Below, piece by piece: positions 1 through 11,180 of a DNA stretch of 20,000 nt. A program made the translations under genes and the position numbers. Position 1 is the stretch's first letter; each line of letters starts with the position of its first letter. The DNA is taken from positions 57,296 to 77,295 of the forward strand of contig MU271322.1 of the NCBI GenBank assembly GCA_021432655.1, given 5' to 3'. A model generated the notes under the pieces. The model made no database searches and was not told the origin of the DNA. It saw nothing but the letters and a program-made list of their open reading frames with translations. This DNA is from Atractiella rhizophila. Its lineage: Eukaryota.

Positions 1-350
1 GAAACTACATGGGGTAAGCTTGGTAATTCTGCTCTACTGGGTTCGGTTGGGAGGGAAAGAGAAGAAATATCAACAACGTCGGGTTGTAGAAGCGACAGAC
101 GAGGAAATAAAAACAGCTCAGGCGAGTAAATTGTAAATGATCAACGGCAATCATGTGTTTGCATACAGAAACTCTTCCTCTTCAAAGACCTTCCCTATTT
201 TGATACTCTATACATTAGTTCCTCATTTCCTCTCCTTTTTCATATTCGAGGACCATCTGATGTTCATCAGTCACAGACAAGAAACAAATCAAAGAATCAA
301 ATCAAAGAAAGCAAATCGACTTCACACATTTTCAGATCTCACCATGTCAA

Positions 351-1680
351 CTACCTCCTCGCCGCTCGTGACGGGTATTGAATTCCTCTCCCACGCCCCA
401 TATCCCTCGCGATCGCCACTCCTCTCGGACCTTGTCCCACGGAGACCCAGCTTGCTTCCCGAATTGATCCCACGCTATCCAAACTGGTGTTGGCCGTCGT
501 CAGGGCTGTCATAGGCGTCTTTCCTCCAGCGTTAAAGGCGGCTGCTCTGATAAAACCACCGTTCCGAAGGGTCATTTCTTCCTCGAACCCCTTGTTGGCA
601 TTCATTTTAGCCCATTGAGCTCTCTCCCCCATATCCTCATCTGGATCTGGAAGGGGACGACGGGGATTGTACGTCGGTGCGAAAGGAGAAGGAGGGAGTG
701 GCTTCGAGTGCTTGTCCAACGATCCCCTTGGATTATCGAGGAATGCGCGGACATTGGCATCTTGTTTTCTGAACGTTTGCGGCTCAGTATCTGCGTTCAT
801 TGGCGCCGGGGCAGCTGAAGGCCAAGCAGAAGATGACGGAGGGATGTACGTCTGACTACCGTTGGCGCTGGCGTGTGTGAGATTGCTTCGATTGGTGTCG
901 TGGGAGTTGTTTGAGTGATTCGATCGCAGACTCCCGACCGATCGTTTTGGGTATCCGATCGAGGGACGGAGAGATCGTTGACCCATCTCTTCATCCGATG
1001 TTCGTTCGGGATGTGGCAGGACATCAGAGAGGCGTACTGTGTGTATAGAAGCGAGGGGAGTTCGGTATCGGGAGAAAGAAGATAGTAGGATGGAGAGCGA
1101 AACGGTGAGGAGCATGAAGACGATAAAACCTAAGCCGCAAAGCGTACGAAGGATGTCGGCATTTGACGGAGATGCTAGAGAAGCTGCTCCTCCTGTTCTC
1201 GCCCGAGTTGTCGTCAGGACACGCCATTTCAAACCTGTAAAGAATGAATTGATGGGTACCCACCCAAGAAAAGTGCCCAAATAATGAATTCCAGCACGAT
1301 AGAGAAGAGGAGAGAGTCAAAGATGTGCGGCAGGACGTAAGGGAATAAGGTGCTGAGCAGAAGGCTGAGCATTCATATTCAGCAATTGTGAACAGGAAGA
1401 GGACAGGGAACGCACTGTATTGGAAACCACAACACTGCCAGCAGAGAGGGAACGATGAGTTCCACAGCTGCAGAGCTATGAACCACTTTCTTTACTATTC
1501 CAACATACTCATCCTCACCTGTGCGACAAAGAGATGCAGCAACTCACCCGCACCATCTCCCACTTTCACCCGTCCCGCCGTCACAACGGCTGAAATAATG
1601 AGCTCAATTACAGAGAAGAGGATACAAGCTCCCAAAATGAAGAATCGCACGCGACTCAGAGGAAAAGACTTTAGCTGCAT
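351..1680 (-). CDS. MARVEL-like four-transmembrane protein with long disordered C-terminal tail (4 coding exons)
   Basis: ATG at 1680. GT-AG introns 1468-1547, 1365-1415 and 1193-1263 join in frame to give four hydrophobic segments (FFILGACILFSVIELIISAVV / AVELIVPSLLAVLWFPIHLLL / SLLFSIVLEFIIWALFLGGAASL / LRTLCGLGFIVFMLLTVSLSILL), then a S/P/N-rich tail to TAG at 351. The MARVEL assignment is inferred from topology and the 'E..IW.LFLGGAA' pattern. Confidence 0.7.
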
Positions 1681-2012
1681 GAAGGAAGATTATCGTTGGT
1701 GAAATTGCAAGTAGATAGGAAACCAGCAGAAGCCCAGCTTTTGGATTGTCGGCGCGTTGTTCTGAATGATTTGAAAGTCGTGAACGATTGGGGGAAAGAA
1801 AGTCGTGTCGAGTCGTTGACGGGGAGCTACCAAGCTGGCAGCCAGAGGTAAAGTGGGCTCGAGCGTTGATGGTCCGACCAGGCCACTTTATGTTGTCGAT
1901 CCTGTTTGACCTTGTGAATTGCCAATTTACACGTCGAGAAGCGTCGTGATTGATCAGGCACACTCGATGGGGGCGTCAAGGAGTTACAGCAAGAGGTTGC
2001 TATGGAAATTGC

Positions 2013-2118
2013 CTGCAAGAAGCACGATGTTAGCTTCAGCCGTCCTTGTCCTTTGCTGCCATTGCCGAATCCAGCATCACCCCCGATCGCAGCCTTGAGG
2101 GACTCACGAAGGACTCAC
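2013..2118 (-). other. Putative 5'-UTR intron of the MARVEL-like gene
   Basis: Strong branch point GCTAAC, TTCTTGCAG acceptor at 2013, and two GTGAGT donors at 2107 and 2118. No ATG on the minus strand between 2012 and the start codon at 1680. Confidence 0.55.
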
Positions 2119-2417
2119 CAAACAATATCTGTGGAGCAATACAGTAATCGTCCTTCTCACGTCCAAACACGTCCAAAACTTGACGAATCAGCAACAACAC
2201 TCCGAAGTTTAAATCAGATAGCTCATTTCTTCGTGCGAACTTCACATCATCCAACATCTCAACAAAAACTGAACTCATCTCTTCCACCACTATAACATGC
2301 AGATTATAAATGAAGTAAACATTGAACGAATGTAATGGTATTGGTGTTGAAACCATTCCGTGGAATGAAGGCAGAAACAGATCCCGTCCATTGAGTGACT
2401 CTCAGTGTGGATGGCTT

Positions 2418-3846
2418 CTAACCAGACTGATCCCAGCTGTTAAATATTACTCCTTGAACGAGGGAGAAACTCACTCCAGGCTTGAACTTCTTGCCGTACA
2501 CCTTCTCCTGAAACACGTCGTATAAGCTGAGCACACCAGCCCCCGCGACTCCTCTCAGAATATTTGCTGCTCCGCCTCTGAAGAAAGTCTTCATCCCTAT
2601 TCATCCTTCAGTCCTCTTGCAGCGGGGAGGTGAGAAAAGCATGCCTTCCGCCTGGTATATCTTTACAGTGCAATCTATCATGTTTTTATACCTTACCCCG
2701 TCCTGGGTTCAAATAGGTTGGTAAACCATGACTAATAGTGGATGGAAATACATACCTCTGATCCCACTGTCATCATCATCCGCCTTCTTACCGTGTCAAG
2801 AGGGTATGCGAGCAGTCCGGCACTCGTGGTGGCAACCCAACCTATCACGGAGCATGTCTCAGACCTGGAAAAAGACGCTGAGGGAAGTTATTCACCAAGT
2901 AAGAATGATAACACGAAGTTGCCCTCCAGCTTTCCAACCAACATAGTTTCTTTGAGAGTGTCGTATCCTCCGAAGTATGCGCCACGGTAAACGAAGATCC
3001 CGATAACGCTGGGAACAAAGCCTCTATAAAGGCCAGCGACACCTTCCGCTTTAAGCGTCTTCTTGTATACATCTACGAGACCGTTGAACTGCCTCTCGCC
3101 ACCTGAATCAATGCCAAAATAATTATCAGCAAGGCAGAGAACATAAATAGGCAGGAATCGAGCACCTTTCTTCTTCCCATCTGCGGACAATCTTGTTCTA
3201 GCATAGTCGAGAGAATAAACGAAGACACTGCTGGACATTCCTGCCAGTCCTCCGCTCATTACATTTCCATATGCCCGTTTAGCTAAGCCTTCATCTTTCT
3301 TATAGCTGAACATCTGCTTGAACGTATCCTTGAATGCGAAATTGAGCGCTTGCGTCGGGAAGTCTGCAAGCGCAACCAGCTCCATCAACATTGACTAGAG
3401 GGAAAGAATCGATGGTGGAAGCATACACCGAATGCAATTCGTTCCATTTCCTCTCCAAACTACGCAACGAATCAGCTGCTCTCCAGGTAGAAAGGAGAAG
3501 GAAACCCACGAGAGAGAATGCCTTCTTCCCTCGCTACCCTCACGCCGCAATCGATGACCCCTTTGTAAGGTCTGCACACGTCAATGCAAACTCGCCTAAA
3601 AATATGAAAACGCACTTGTCCAATCTTCCTGTTCTTATCAGGTCTCCTTGATTCTGCAACAACAGCTTCACGCGTTCAATTGGCGCTGCTCCCGTCTTCG
3701 AAATGACCGCCGCGGTACCTCCCATGGTCAGATCAACTATTACATGAGTTAGCAGGTTAGTCTTGGGAAACGAGTTTTAGGATGAATGACGAACCGAAGA
3801 AATTCTTGACGTTAGCCTCCTTCTTGACAGGTGTTGAAGCGCTCAT
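2418..3846 (-). CDS. AAC: Mitochondrial ADP/ATP carrier (adenine nucleotide translocase), about 9 introns
   Basis: Spliced product [47 protein letters not shown]...[23 protein letters not shown]...[10 protein letters not shown]...GLYRGF...[13 protein letters not shown]...[17 protein letters not shown]...KKFKPGSG*. Contains the RRRMMM AAC signature and carrier Px[DE]xx[KR] motifs. Includes GC-AG intron 2597-2644 and last intron 2427-2474. Confidence 0.97.
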
Positions 3847-3958
3847 CGTAACAATAACAATCTTTCTTGGGTAAGTCTAAAACCTAAAACCCAACTGAGT
3901 AGTGAATACTAGTCTGATAAATAGATCTGATGTGTGTAAATAATGACCTGTAGTGCTG

Positions 3959-3972
3959 GCCTTTTATACTTT
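3959..3972 (-). promoter_or_regulatory. TATA box of the AAC gene
   Basis: AAAGTATAAAAGGC on the minus strand about 115-125 nt upstream of the ATG at 3846. Confidence 0.55.
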
Positions 3973-5861
3973 GTTGAAATTTTCCATTTTTGTCACGCGT
4001 CATGCACAAAGCGCACGACCCATCCCGCTTTCCGCCAATTGTCGGGTCATACCTCCAGGGAGCCAGCACGTAACTTGTGTTTGGACAGGCAGGAGCGGTC
4101 CGTCGGGGGAAGCCAGGAGTCCTTCCGTGTTTCCTTGCATATGCTCTTGCATTCAGAATATTCAGAGTTGCACTTCCACGAATGCCAAGTTGCGAGTCAG
4201 TCGGCGCCGACATGTCAGAAAGCGCTGCATGAGCTCGATGAGCTCCTAAGTTATCAAACGTTCAAATGACGCAAGGAGCGCATCATTATCAAGGATTCAC
4301 GGATCGGGTCCTTGCAAGTGCAACGATATGAAGATTGCAACCTGTGCCCAGAGCGCTTTAAGTCAAATTTTGCCAACAGCGTTTTCATACACCGGCAACG
4401 AATTTCCAGCAACATTGTGCGTGAATCTGCATTTTGCGTTCGCATTCGCAAACGTATGATCATCCTCCTTAAATCTTGAACGAAATTAAACATCGTTGCG
4501 GGAAACCCTCGAATTCGGACGAATTCGAACTTTGACGACATCTCGGCGTCTTCCTGTTCTGGAAGTTTTGACACACGTCTCGACTCTCTCGAGTGTTTTT
4601 GATTATTGATTTATCAGTTTTGTCTTCCTTAATATTACTGCGCACTCTGACATGCAACTTGGAATATCACATCAATCGTCTCAGCCGTGTATGCGACAGA
4701 TTGACAGGTTCTCTTCTTCCTGCCTTTTATACTTTTCGCATTAAAGGCACTCCCATGCGCTTGCGCTTCTACCGCGATAGATCTTCATCGATAGTGTCAG
4801 TAGTAGATTCCAGCTTTTAAAAAATAATTATAGAGGTATACTTACTCGAATGAGAGGAGAACTTGAATGCCTCGGTCTGTGTTCATTAACCATCTTCAAT
4901 TCTGCTGAGTCTGATTTCTGAAATACTGAACAAACGTTTGCTGGGCTAGCAATAATGCTGTCTTTAAAGTATTTTTCATTTATGCTTATTCATTACATAC
5001 ATCGTTTCTTGCGTATTCCTAGCAAGGCCTTGCGTCCACAGGCCTAAGAGTTAAACAATTTAAATGGACTGTTTAGGCTAGCCACATGACGCTAGTCAGC
5101 TTAAAACAACGATTTTCAAACAGTTTTATAACGATAGGCAAAAGAGGCTCAGGCAAAATGATACGCCACGGATAACTCGACAACTAATACATTGTGTCAT
5201 TTGCAACAGCATATTCCGCCATTTGTTTGACTAGGTTCGATTTCATTAAACTGAGGAAACTCTTTCTAAAGCGGCTCAATGTAGTCCTCAACGTGATAGA
5301 TTTCATCATTCTCACTGCCCGTCGCTCACACTGTGCAGCTGACCTTGCACCACACCGTTTCGTGTTCCGTGGGTTAGGGTCTGCGTGTCAAAACCTGGCA
5401 GCAGTCTCGCGTATACACACGGGCTCTAGGTATTCACGAGCGCAGTGACGCGTTGCAACTACATCTGGTTGACATCCAGTTGTTTCCAGTCTGCTTACAC
5501 GCTTGTCCTTTCCACCTTTTTCCCGGTTGACATTTTGTCGCATATTCTTCACGGATATAGGATACCGATTGCAAATGTGTCTCGAGGCTGATTGTAATGC
5601 ACCCTCACGGAGGGAGATGGTGGCTTACGCAAGCCCGGGCCCCTTACGCCTACTTAGAGGAGTGGTACGCAGACAGTCAGCAGGTAATGGCTTTGGAGGT
5701 GGTGTCTGACAAGGGCTTGACGTAAGCTCCGTCTTCTCCTGTGGTCACTTTGTCACTCAAATCTTCAGCTTCATCGTCGATTTAAAAGTCCGGAAGTGTG
5801 CCTTCATATCCCTTCATCTTACTTTCTTAGACTTTTCACAAGAGTTGTTACTAGAGTTACG

Positions 5862-6796
5862 ATGGGCAAATCATACGCTGTTACCGGGTCCGCTCGCGGT
5901 TTGGGTCTAGCATGGGTTCTAAAGCTCTCGTCAGACCCCTCCAACGTCGTCTTTGCACTCGCTCGAAACACAAATAAAGCGGAAAAACTTATTGCAATTG
6001 CGAAGGAGAGACAAAATGTGGTTGTGGTGCAGGCGGACACTTCAGTCAGGGAAGAGATTGAGAGAGCGGTGGAGGAGGTGAAAGGCAAATTCGGAGAGAA
6101 GGGTTTGGACGTTCTTGTCAATAAGTAAGATCTGGCCATTGCTTCTAGCGTATGGTTGCTCATCGACAATGAACGTAACAGCGCCGGGATCGCGCAGACC
6201 GCGGGACTCAAAGGTCACCCAGCACAAGTTCCGTTCACTTCGATAGGAGCCGACGAGTTTACCGAGCTAGTGCGTTATTCTCTGTCGTTGTTCCTTCTCA
6301 TAGGATAACGATTTTCATAACAGTTTCGAGTAAATACAGTCGGCCCCATCTTGACAACTGAACTCTTTCTGCCGCTCCTACGCGAGGGAACTGACAAGAA
6401 GATAGTAGTAATCAGCTCAGACTTGGGCTTGCAAAATACCATCAATCCTGACGATAAGTTTGATGTGGGGAACATAGGGTCATGGGGAGCATATGCGGTA
6501 TCCAAGAACGCGTTGAATATGGCCGTGAAGAAGTTGGCGTTGGAGCTGAGGAAGGAGGGTTTTGTATTCGGGCTCTTTAACGTGAGCCTTCACCTAGTCC
6601 TAGCCCTTCTGTTTTGAACCCACCGCTAACTGGGATTGGATAGCCTGGATGGGTGCGAACCGACATGGGAGGAAGCCAAGCTCACCTTTCCGCGGAAGAA
6701 AGTGTTGACAAGATGCAACAGAAAATGGAACTGTTGAAACAGGAAGATTCAGCCGTATTTTGGGACGTTGCTGGCCGTGTCGACGGACTATGTTGA
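5862..6796 (+). CDS. Short-chain dehydrogenase/reductase, CsgA/C-factor (sniffer-like) type
   Basis: TGSARGLG Rossmann motif, DVLVNNAG across intron 6125-6181, further introns 6270-6323 and 6582-6643, catalytic YAVSK, and PGWVRTDMGG C-terminal motif. TGA at 6794-6796. Confidence 0.93.
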
Positions 6797-6995
6797 ATGC
6801 ACGTCTCGTTTTCAATTTGATCTCCTCCAGTGACTTCTTTTGTGTTTGACCACATTCAGATGCACCAGCATCAGATGTAAATCCACCACCGTGTCACAGT
6901 ACATGAAGGGCATTGAAGGCCTTCCCAAACTTGATCAGGACCCTTTGGTCTTACGTCGGCATGAGTGTGCTCCAGTATCTCGTCATTGTGTCACC

Positions 6996-7019
6996 ACTCA
7001 CGCTCTGACTCACGCTCTG
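6996..7019 (+). repeat. Two-copy 12-bp tandem repeat (ACTCACGCTCTG x2) creating TGACTCA at the junction
   Basis: Read directly from the sequence, about 115 nt upstream of the peptidase ATG. Confidence 0.7.
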
Positions 7020-7132
7020 TCCATCGTTTGGACTATCCGGTGTGGCAGATCACTCTGACTCCGATTTCCAAAACAGCCGACTTCAAATTGGGGCTTTCTC
7101 TGGAGGCACTGAACTTGAAGGGAGAGGCAAAG

Positions 7133-9837
7133 ATGGATACGAAGGAGTCAAAACACTCAGGGTCTAAAGAAGTACTCCCGACGCATACCAACTTGCAGGC
7201 GAGGGAAGTACTGCTAAATGGCAAGAGTCGTTCATTCAGTCGTCTCGCAAAGTCTTTCGTCTTGCCATTCCTTGCCCTTTACATCTTCTCTCCTGGGTCG
7301 CTCGGCCTCCCATGTTTCAACTTTGCCTCCACCCTCGGTGTTTGCAAGCCAGCTGGAGCTCCTCCAGCTTCACACTCCGTGACGGTCACCATCAAAGAGC
7401 CAGAAGATTCCAAGATGGGGACAGTCAAATGGTGGAAGTGTCCCGAGGAAGGACATCTCCCTGGCTCTGAGTGTGGGACTATTGTGTCCGTCTTCTAGCA
7501 TTTCCTGTTCATGGCCAGGCATCTAACACTTCTCGAAGTGTGCCGAAGGATTACTTCAACCCCTCTGCAGGCACAGCTACCATCGCTCTCGGAAGAGTAC
7601 GTGCTGTGGGAGAGAGGAAAGGGATGGTGCTAGTCAATCCTGGTGGGCCAGGAGGAAGCGGGAAGGGCTTTGCTGTGGTAAGAGGGGATATGGTGCAACG
7701 TCTTTTGGGCGGTGCGGCGTTTGACATTGTCGGTATGCATTCTCCTTCCCAATGGCTAGTTCGATCATTGCTGACTGATGACTTGGAAGGTTTTGATCCT
7801 CGCGGAATTGGGGAAACAACGCCCCATCTTCGTTGTTTTGATGTTGAACAAGATGGTTCATTCGGCGACTTAACTGCTCACACACCCTTGGAAGAGGGAT
7901 ACTTGACAACTTCCAAGGAGGAGCTATTGCAACAGCTTATTGTTCGTCTTTTCTGCACTAAGTTTGATGCCCTTTTTCGAAATGGGAATTGCTTTTCCTT
8001 GGTGACAGACGACAGACGGCGTTTGGAAGACTGCCATGGAACTCTGCAAGGAGAGGATGGGCGAGGAGTTGAGGTACATGGGGACGTCTACAGGCTCGTT
8101 CTTCCTCCTCGCCTGCGACTGGAATTGACGAGGGTTTGATAGTTGTACGGGATATGGATTTTATTACAAAGGCACTGGAAGGTGATGATGCACTCATGTA
8201 CGCCTTTACAACGTCTCTGCCATTCTTTACTGACTTTGCACGGAAGAAACTTTTGGGGCGGGAGCTATGGTGCGCGAACAATCTCCATTATTCATTCACG
8301 AGGTTGAAGTGCGCGGCGACAGGATCAATTCTTGGACAATACCTCGTGAATATGTGCAGATCTCTAATTTTGACACAACCCTCGTCTCATCTACCCGTCA
8401 TAGGTTGCCCGACCGTCTGGGAAGGGTGGTGATTGATGGCATTGCTGATGGTTCGCCTTTCTCCCCTGTTCTTGACCTGTGGACTCAATTCTGATGATCG
8501 CAAAGCGGAAGCATGGGCCAGTCCGTCATGCCTCTCATCTCACATTCTAAACATACTGACGCATTGAGCAGACCTGCCGCCTCATTTATGGTATCGAAAT
8601 TGGCTCAGTAGCACAGAGGGAGCATACCAAACGTTTCTCGATGCTTGCGTGAAGGTACGTCTCCTCCTCATGCCTTTCGCATTTCCTGAAGCAATTCTCA
8701 GTATGGTCCTGAACGCTGTGCTCTCGCTGGAGAACCATACGGCTCCAGCCCTGCCAGTATCAGGGCAAGAATCGACGAGGTACGGGAGCAGTTACACGCA
8801 CGTCCTTTGCCCGTTCCGCACGGTAACAAACCTGGCCTACTCAAAGCTGGAATGGTTGACAGTACGTTCGACCTCTATGTCTGGTCCCTCATTCACGATC
8901 ATTTCTACAGTCTTTCTTCTTGGAACACTACAGCGTCCCATACAATATAGGGAGGCAGCAATCGCCCTGAAGGAGCTCCTCGCGACACCTCCTAACCCTC
9001 TTAAATTGTACAATTCAGTCATAGGCGGAGCTGGACCTAACATCCGCGATATGGAGAGGTCAGGAGTGAGTTGCAATGACCAGATGCTCGGGTACGGTAG
9101 GGAAAAAGAACCGACTCCAGAAGAGGTGACGGATGAACTATGGAGCGTAATTAACGAGGTGACTGAACTGACTATGGCTGTGATACCTGTGAGTTATCCA
9201 ATTGACTGTCCTTGAGGAGTATTGAAATTGCATGACGATAGAGTGAAAAGGACGGCGGTTGTGGATATTGGCCTGTTGCACCTCCAGAACGGTTTACAGG
9301 GCCCTGGAATGCCACTCTCCGAAATCCAATCCTCATCCACTCCAACACTGTGAGTTGACCTGTAGTCGTTCAATTTCGTCCTTGACGTGACTCGAAGGAT
9401 GATCCTGTGACTCCAATCTGGTACGTTTCTCGTTTCTCGAAAGCTCAGAAAAGTGGGAGCTGACTACGCTGCTCCTCAGGTCTGGAAGGAAAGTGAACAA
9501 GCTGCTAGGTGATAAACAATCTAGGCTTGCGATCCAACATGGACCGGGGGTTGGTTCTTTCCTGAGAGATTCCTGGTACAGAACTAACATTCACCAACAG
9601 CATTGTTCCATCGCCGTCTTTTCTGCTTGCACAGTCAACATCACTCGAGCATATTTTCAAGACGGCATTCTGCCTCCTCCCAACCACCTCTGCGAACCAG
9701 AGACGGAGCTTTTCCCTCTCCCAGAGGAGGAGAATGCGTTTGTCAGTGCCATGGATGTGGAGACGAGGGAGATGTGGGAAGCGGTGAGGGCTGTAGATGA
9801 GGGGATTTGGGAGGCAAGAGGTGGAAGGTGGTTTTGA
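7133..9837 (+). CDS. Alpha/beta-hydrolase, TAP-like (tripeptidyl-aminopeptidase-like, S33-type) peptidase with an N-terminal hydrophobic anchor; about 14 introns
   Basis: Motifs ECGTIVVPKDY, NPGGPGGSG, DIVGFDPRGIG, YMGTSTVVRDMD, nucleophile INFWGGSYG, RVVIDG, PILIHSNTDDPVTP (catalytic Asp) and GPGHCS (catalytic His) are all rebuilt in frame by splicing. TGA ends at 9837. Confidence 0.9.
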
Positions 9838-10056
9838 TTCCCACAAATGCGGGACGCTAGTGTTATCTACCCAAAGCAGTCTTATGCCGTCAACTCTTTT
9901 TCTTGCATGTCGCGCGGAGCAGGGCCATCAAATATGGAGAGAGATTCGATGAATATCCTTATCTTCTGTAGCAAGAGCAAAAAGCGGAAGCGAGCGACTA
10001 AATTGAGTGATGAAATATTAATTTCTTCAGTTCCCTTCTACGGCTTCAAATTGTGT

Positions 10057-11046
10057 TTACTCCGGATCACCAGCAGCAATGTTGGCCTTGGGGTTGTGGA
10101 AGAGGGACCTAAAATCACGGCAATGTCAGCACTAGTACTTCCTAGAACAAGAAGAAGTGACGCACTGGTTGCCCCATGGGAATTCCTTGTTCCTGATGTT
10201 CATGTACGGATACACGATCCTCTCTGGCTCCTCACCTCCATTCAGCTCAACAAGATGGGCGTGATGAGCGCTAAATCCCATTTAATGGGACTTTCAGCTG
10301 AGGTGGAAACAAAACCTACTGCTCCTCCTTCTCAATTCGCTCAAAGTTAAGCCACGCGAGAGCGACGGAAGGGATGGCAACAAAGAAGGTGATCTTGCGC
10401 CAGAGGTCGGTCGTTTTCTCGGCATGGTGGGAGATAGCTTCCTCGTTCTGTTCCCAGGAGCAGGTGGTCAGTATCTAGTACAGACTTTATAGGTCCTTCA
10501 TTGCTATCCGTCTACTAATGTCTAAACCACTTGGTGAAAGTGCCTGATAATATACGAGAAAACGACGAATCATCCTTCCCAGGTCACAATATTCTCCCCG
10601 GCGAAGTTCCGTCTCAACACCAGCCTGCGAGAACTCTTTCGTGCTCCATAGACTGAGCATAAAGGTTGAACAGCAGCTCACGATGTAATGTAACGAGGCC
10701 ATGATACACTGATTGGGAGTAAATTGTCCCAGACAACACGAAAGAGCTCGGAGAGAGATGATATTTTCACTTTCTCAAGTCCTGCAAACCGTAGTTCATC
10801 ATGTTCGGACACAGCGAGCAACTAAAAGCTCATGCATCTACAGAAGGGTCTCAAATGGGGAAAGGGCAGCTTCACAACCATTTTCCATTCACAATGCATC
10901 ACATCCGACGACCGACAACTTTAACTCACCTTGAGGTAGTTTTGGGCCTTTTCCACGCTCTTGGCGGCAATTCCTCTTCTCTGAGAGACCTGCCTCAGCG
11001 TAACTGAGTTCCTCGCTGCAATCCTTAGTGCTCTCTGGGAAAACAT
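10057..11046 (-). CDS. COX13: Cytochrome c oxidase subunit VIa (mitochondrial precursor)
   Basis: Arg/Ser-rich presequence MFSQRALRIAARNS..., intron 10448-10929, then NEEAISHHAEKTTDLWRKITFFVAIP...YPYMNIRNKEFPWGNQSLFHNPKAN...*. HA..T..LW.KI and YMNIR.K.FPWG..SLFHNP are COX6A hallmarks. Confidence 0.95.
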
Positions 11047-11180
11047 GGTGGTTGTCGTTTTGTCACTCTCAGTGCCCCTCAAGTGGTCACAAGCCCCTCG
11101 AGTAGGTGAAAAAGAAAATTGCAGCAATCCAGCGTCCGTGAAGAGCAACCATTGGACCAAAGCAACTCTACGGAATAGGC

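Noticed and set aside
4509..4528. TCGAATTCG-GA-CGAATTCGA palindrome, plus short palindromes near 5022-5080
   Set aside because: Short and isolated, with no terminal-inverted-repeat or target-site-duplication context; compatible with chance.
7006..7012. TGACTCA Gcn4/CpcA-like site upstream of the peptidase
   Set aside because: A single 7-mer arising at a tandem-repeat junction; function cannot be supported from sequence alone.
9847..10350. 167-aa plus-strand ORF
   Set aside because: Antisense shadow of COX6A exons and UTRs; no motif.
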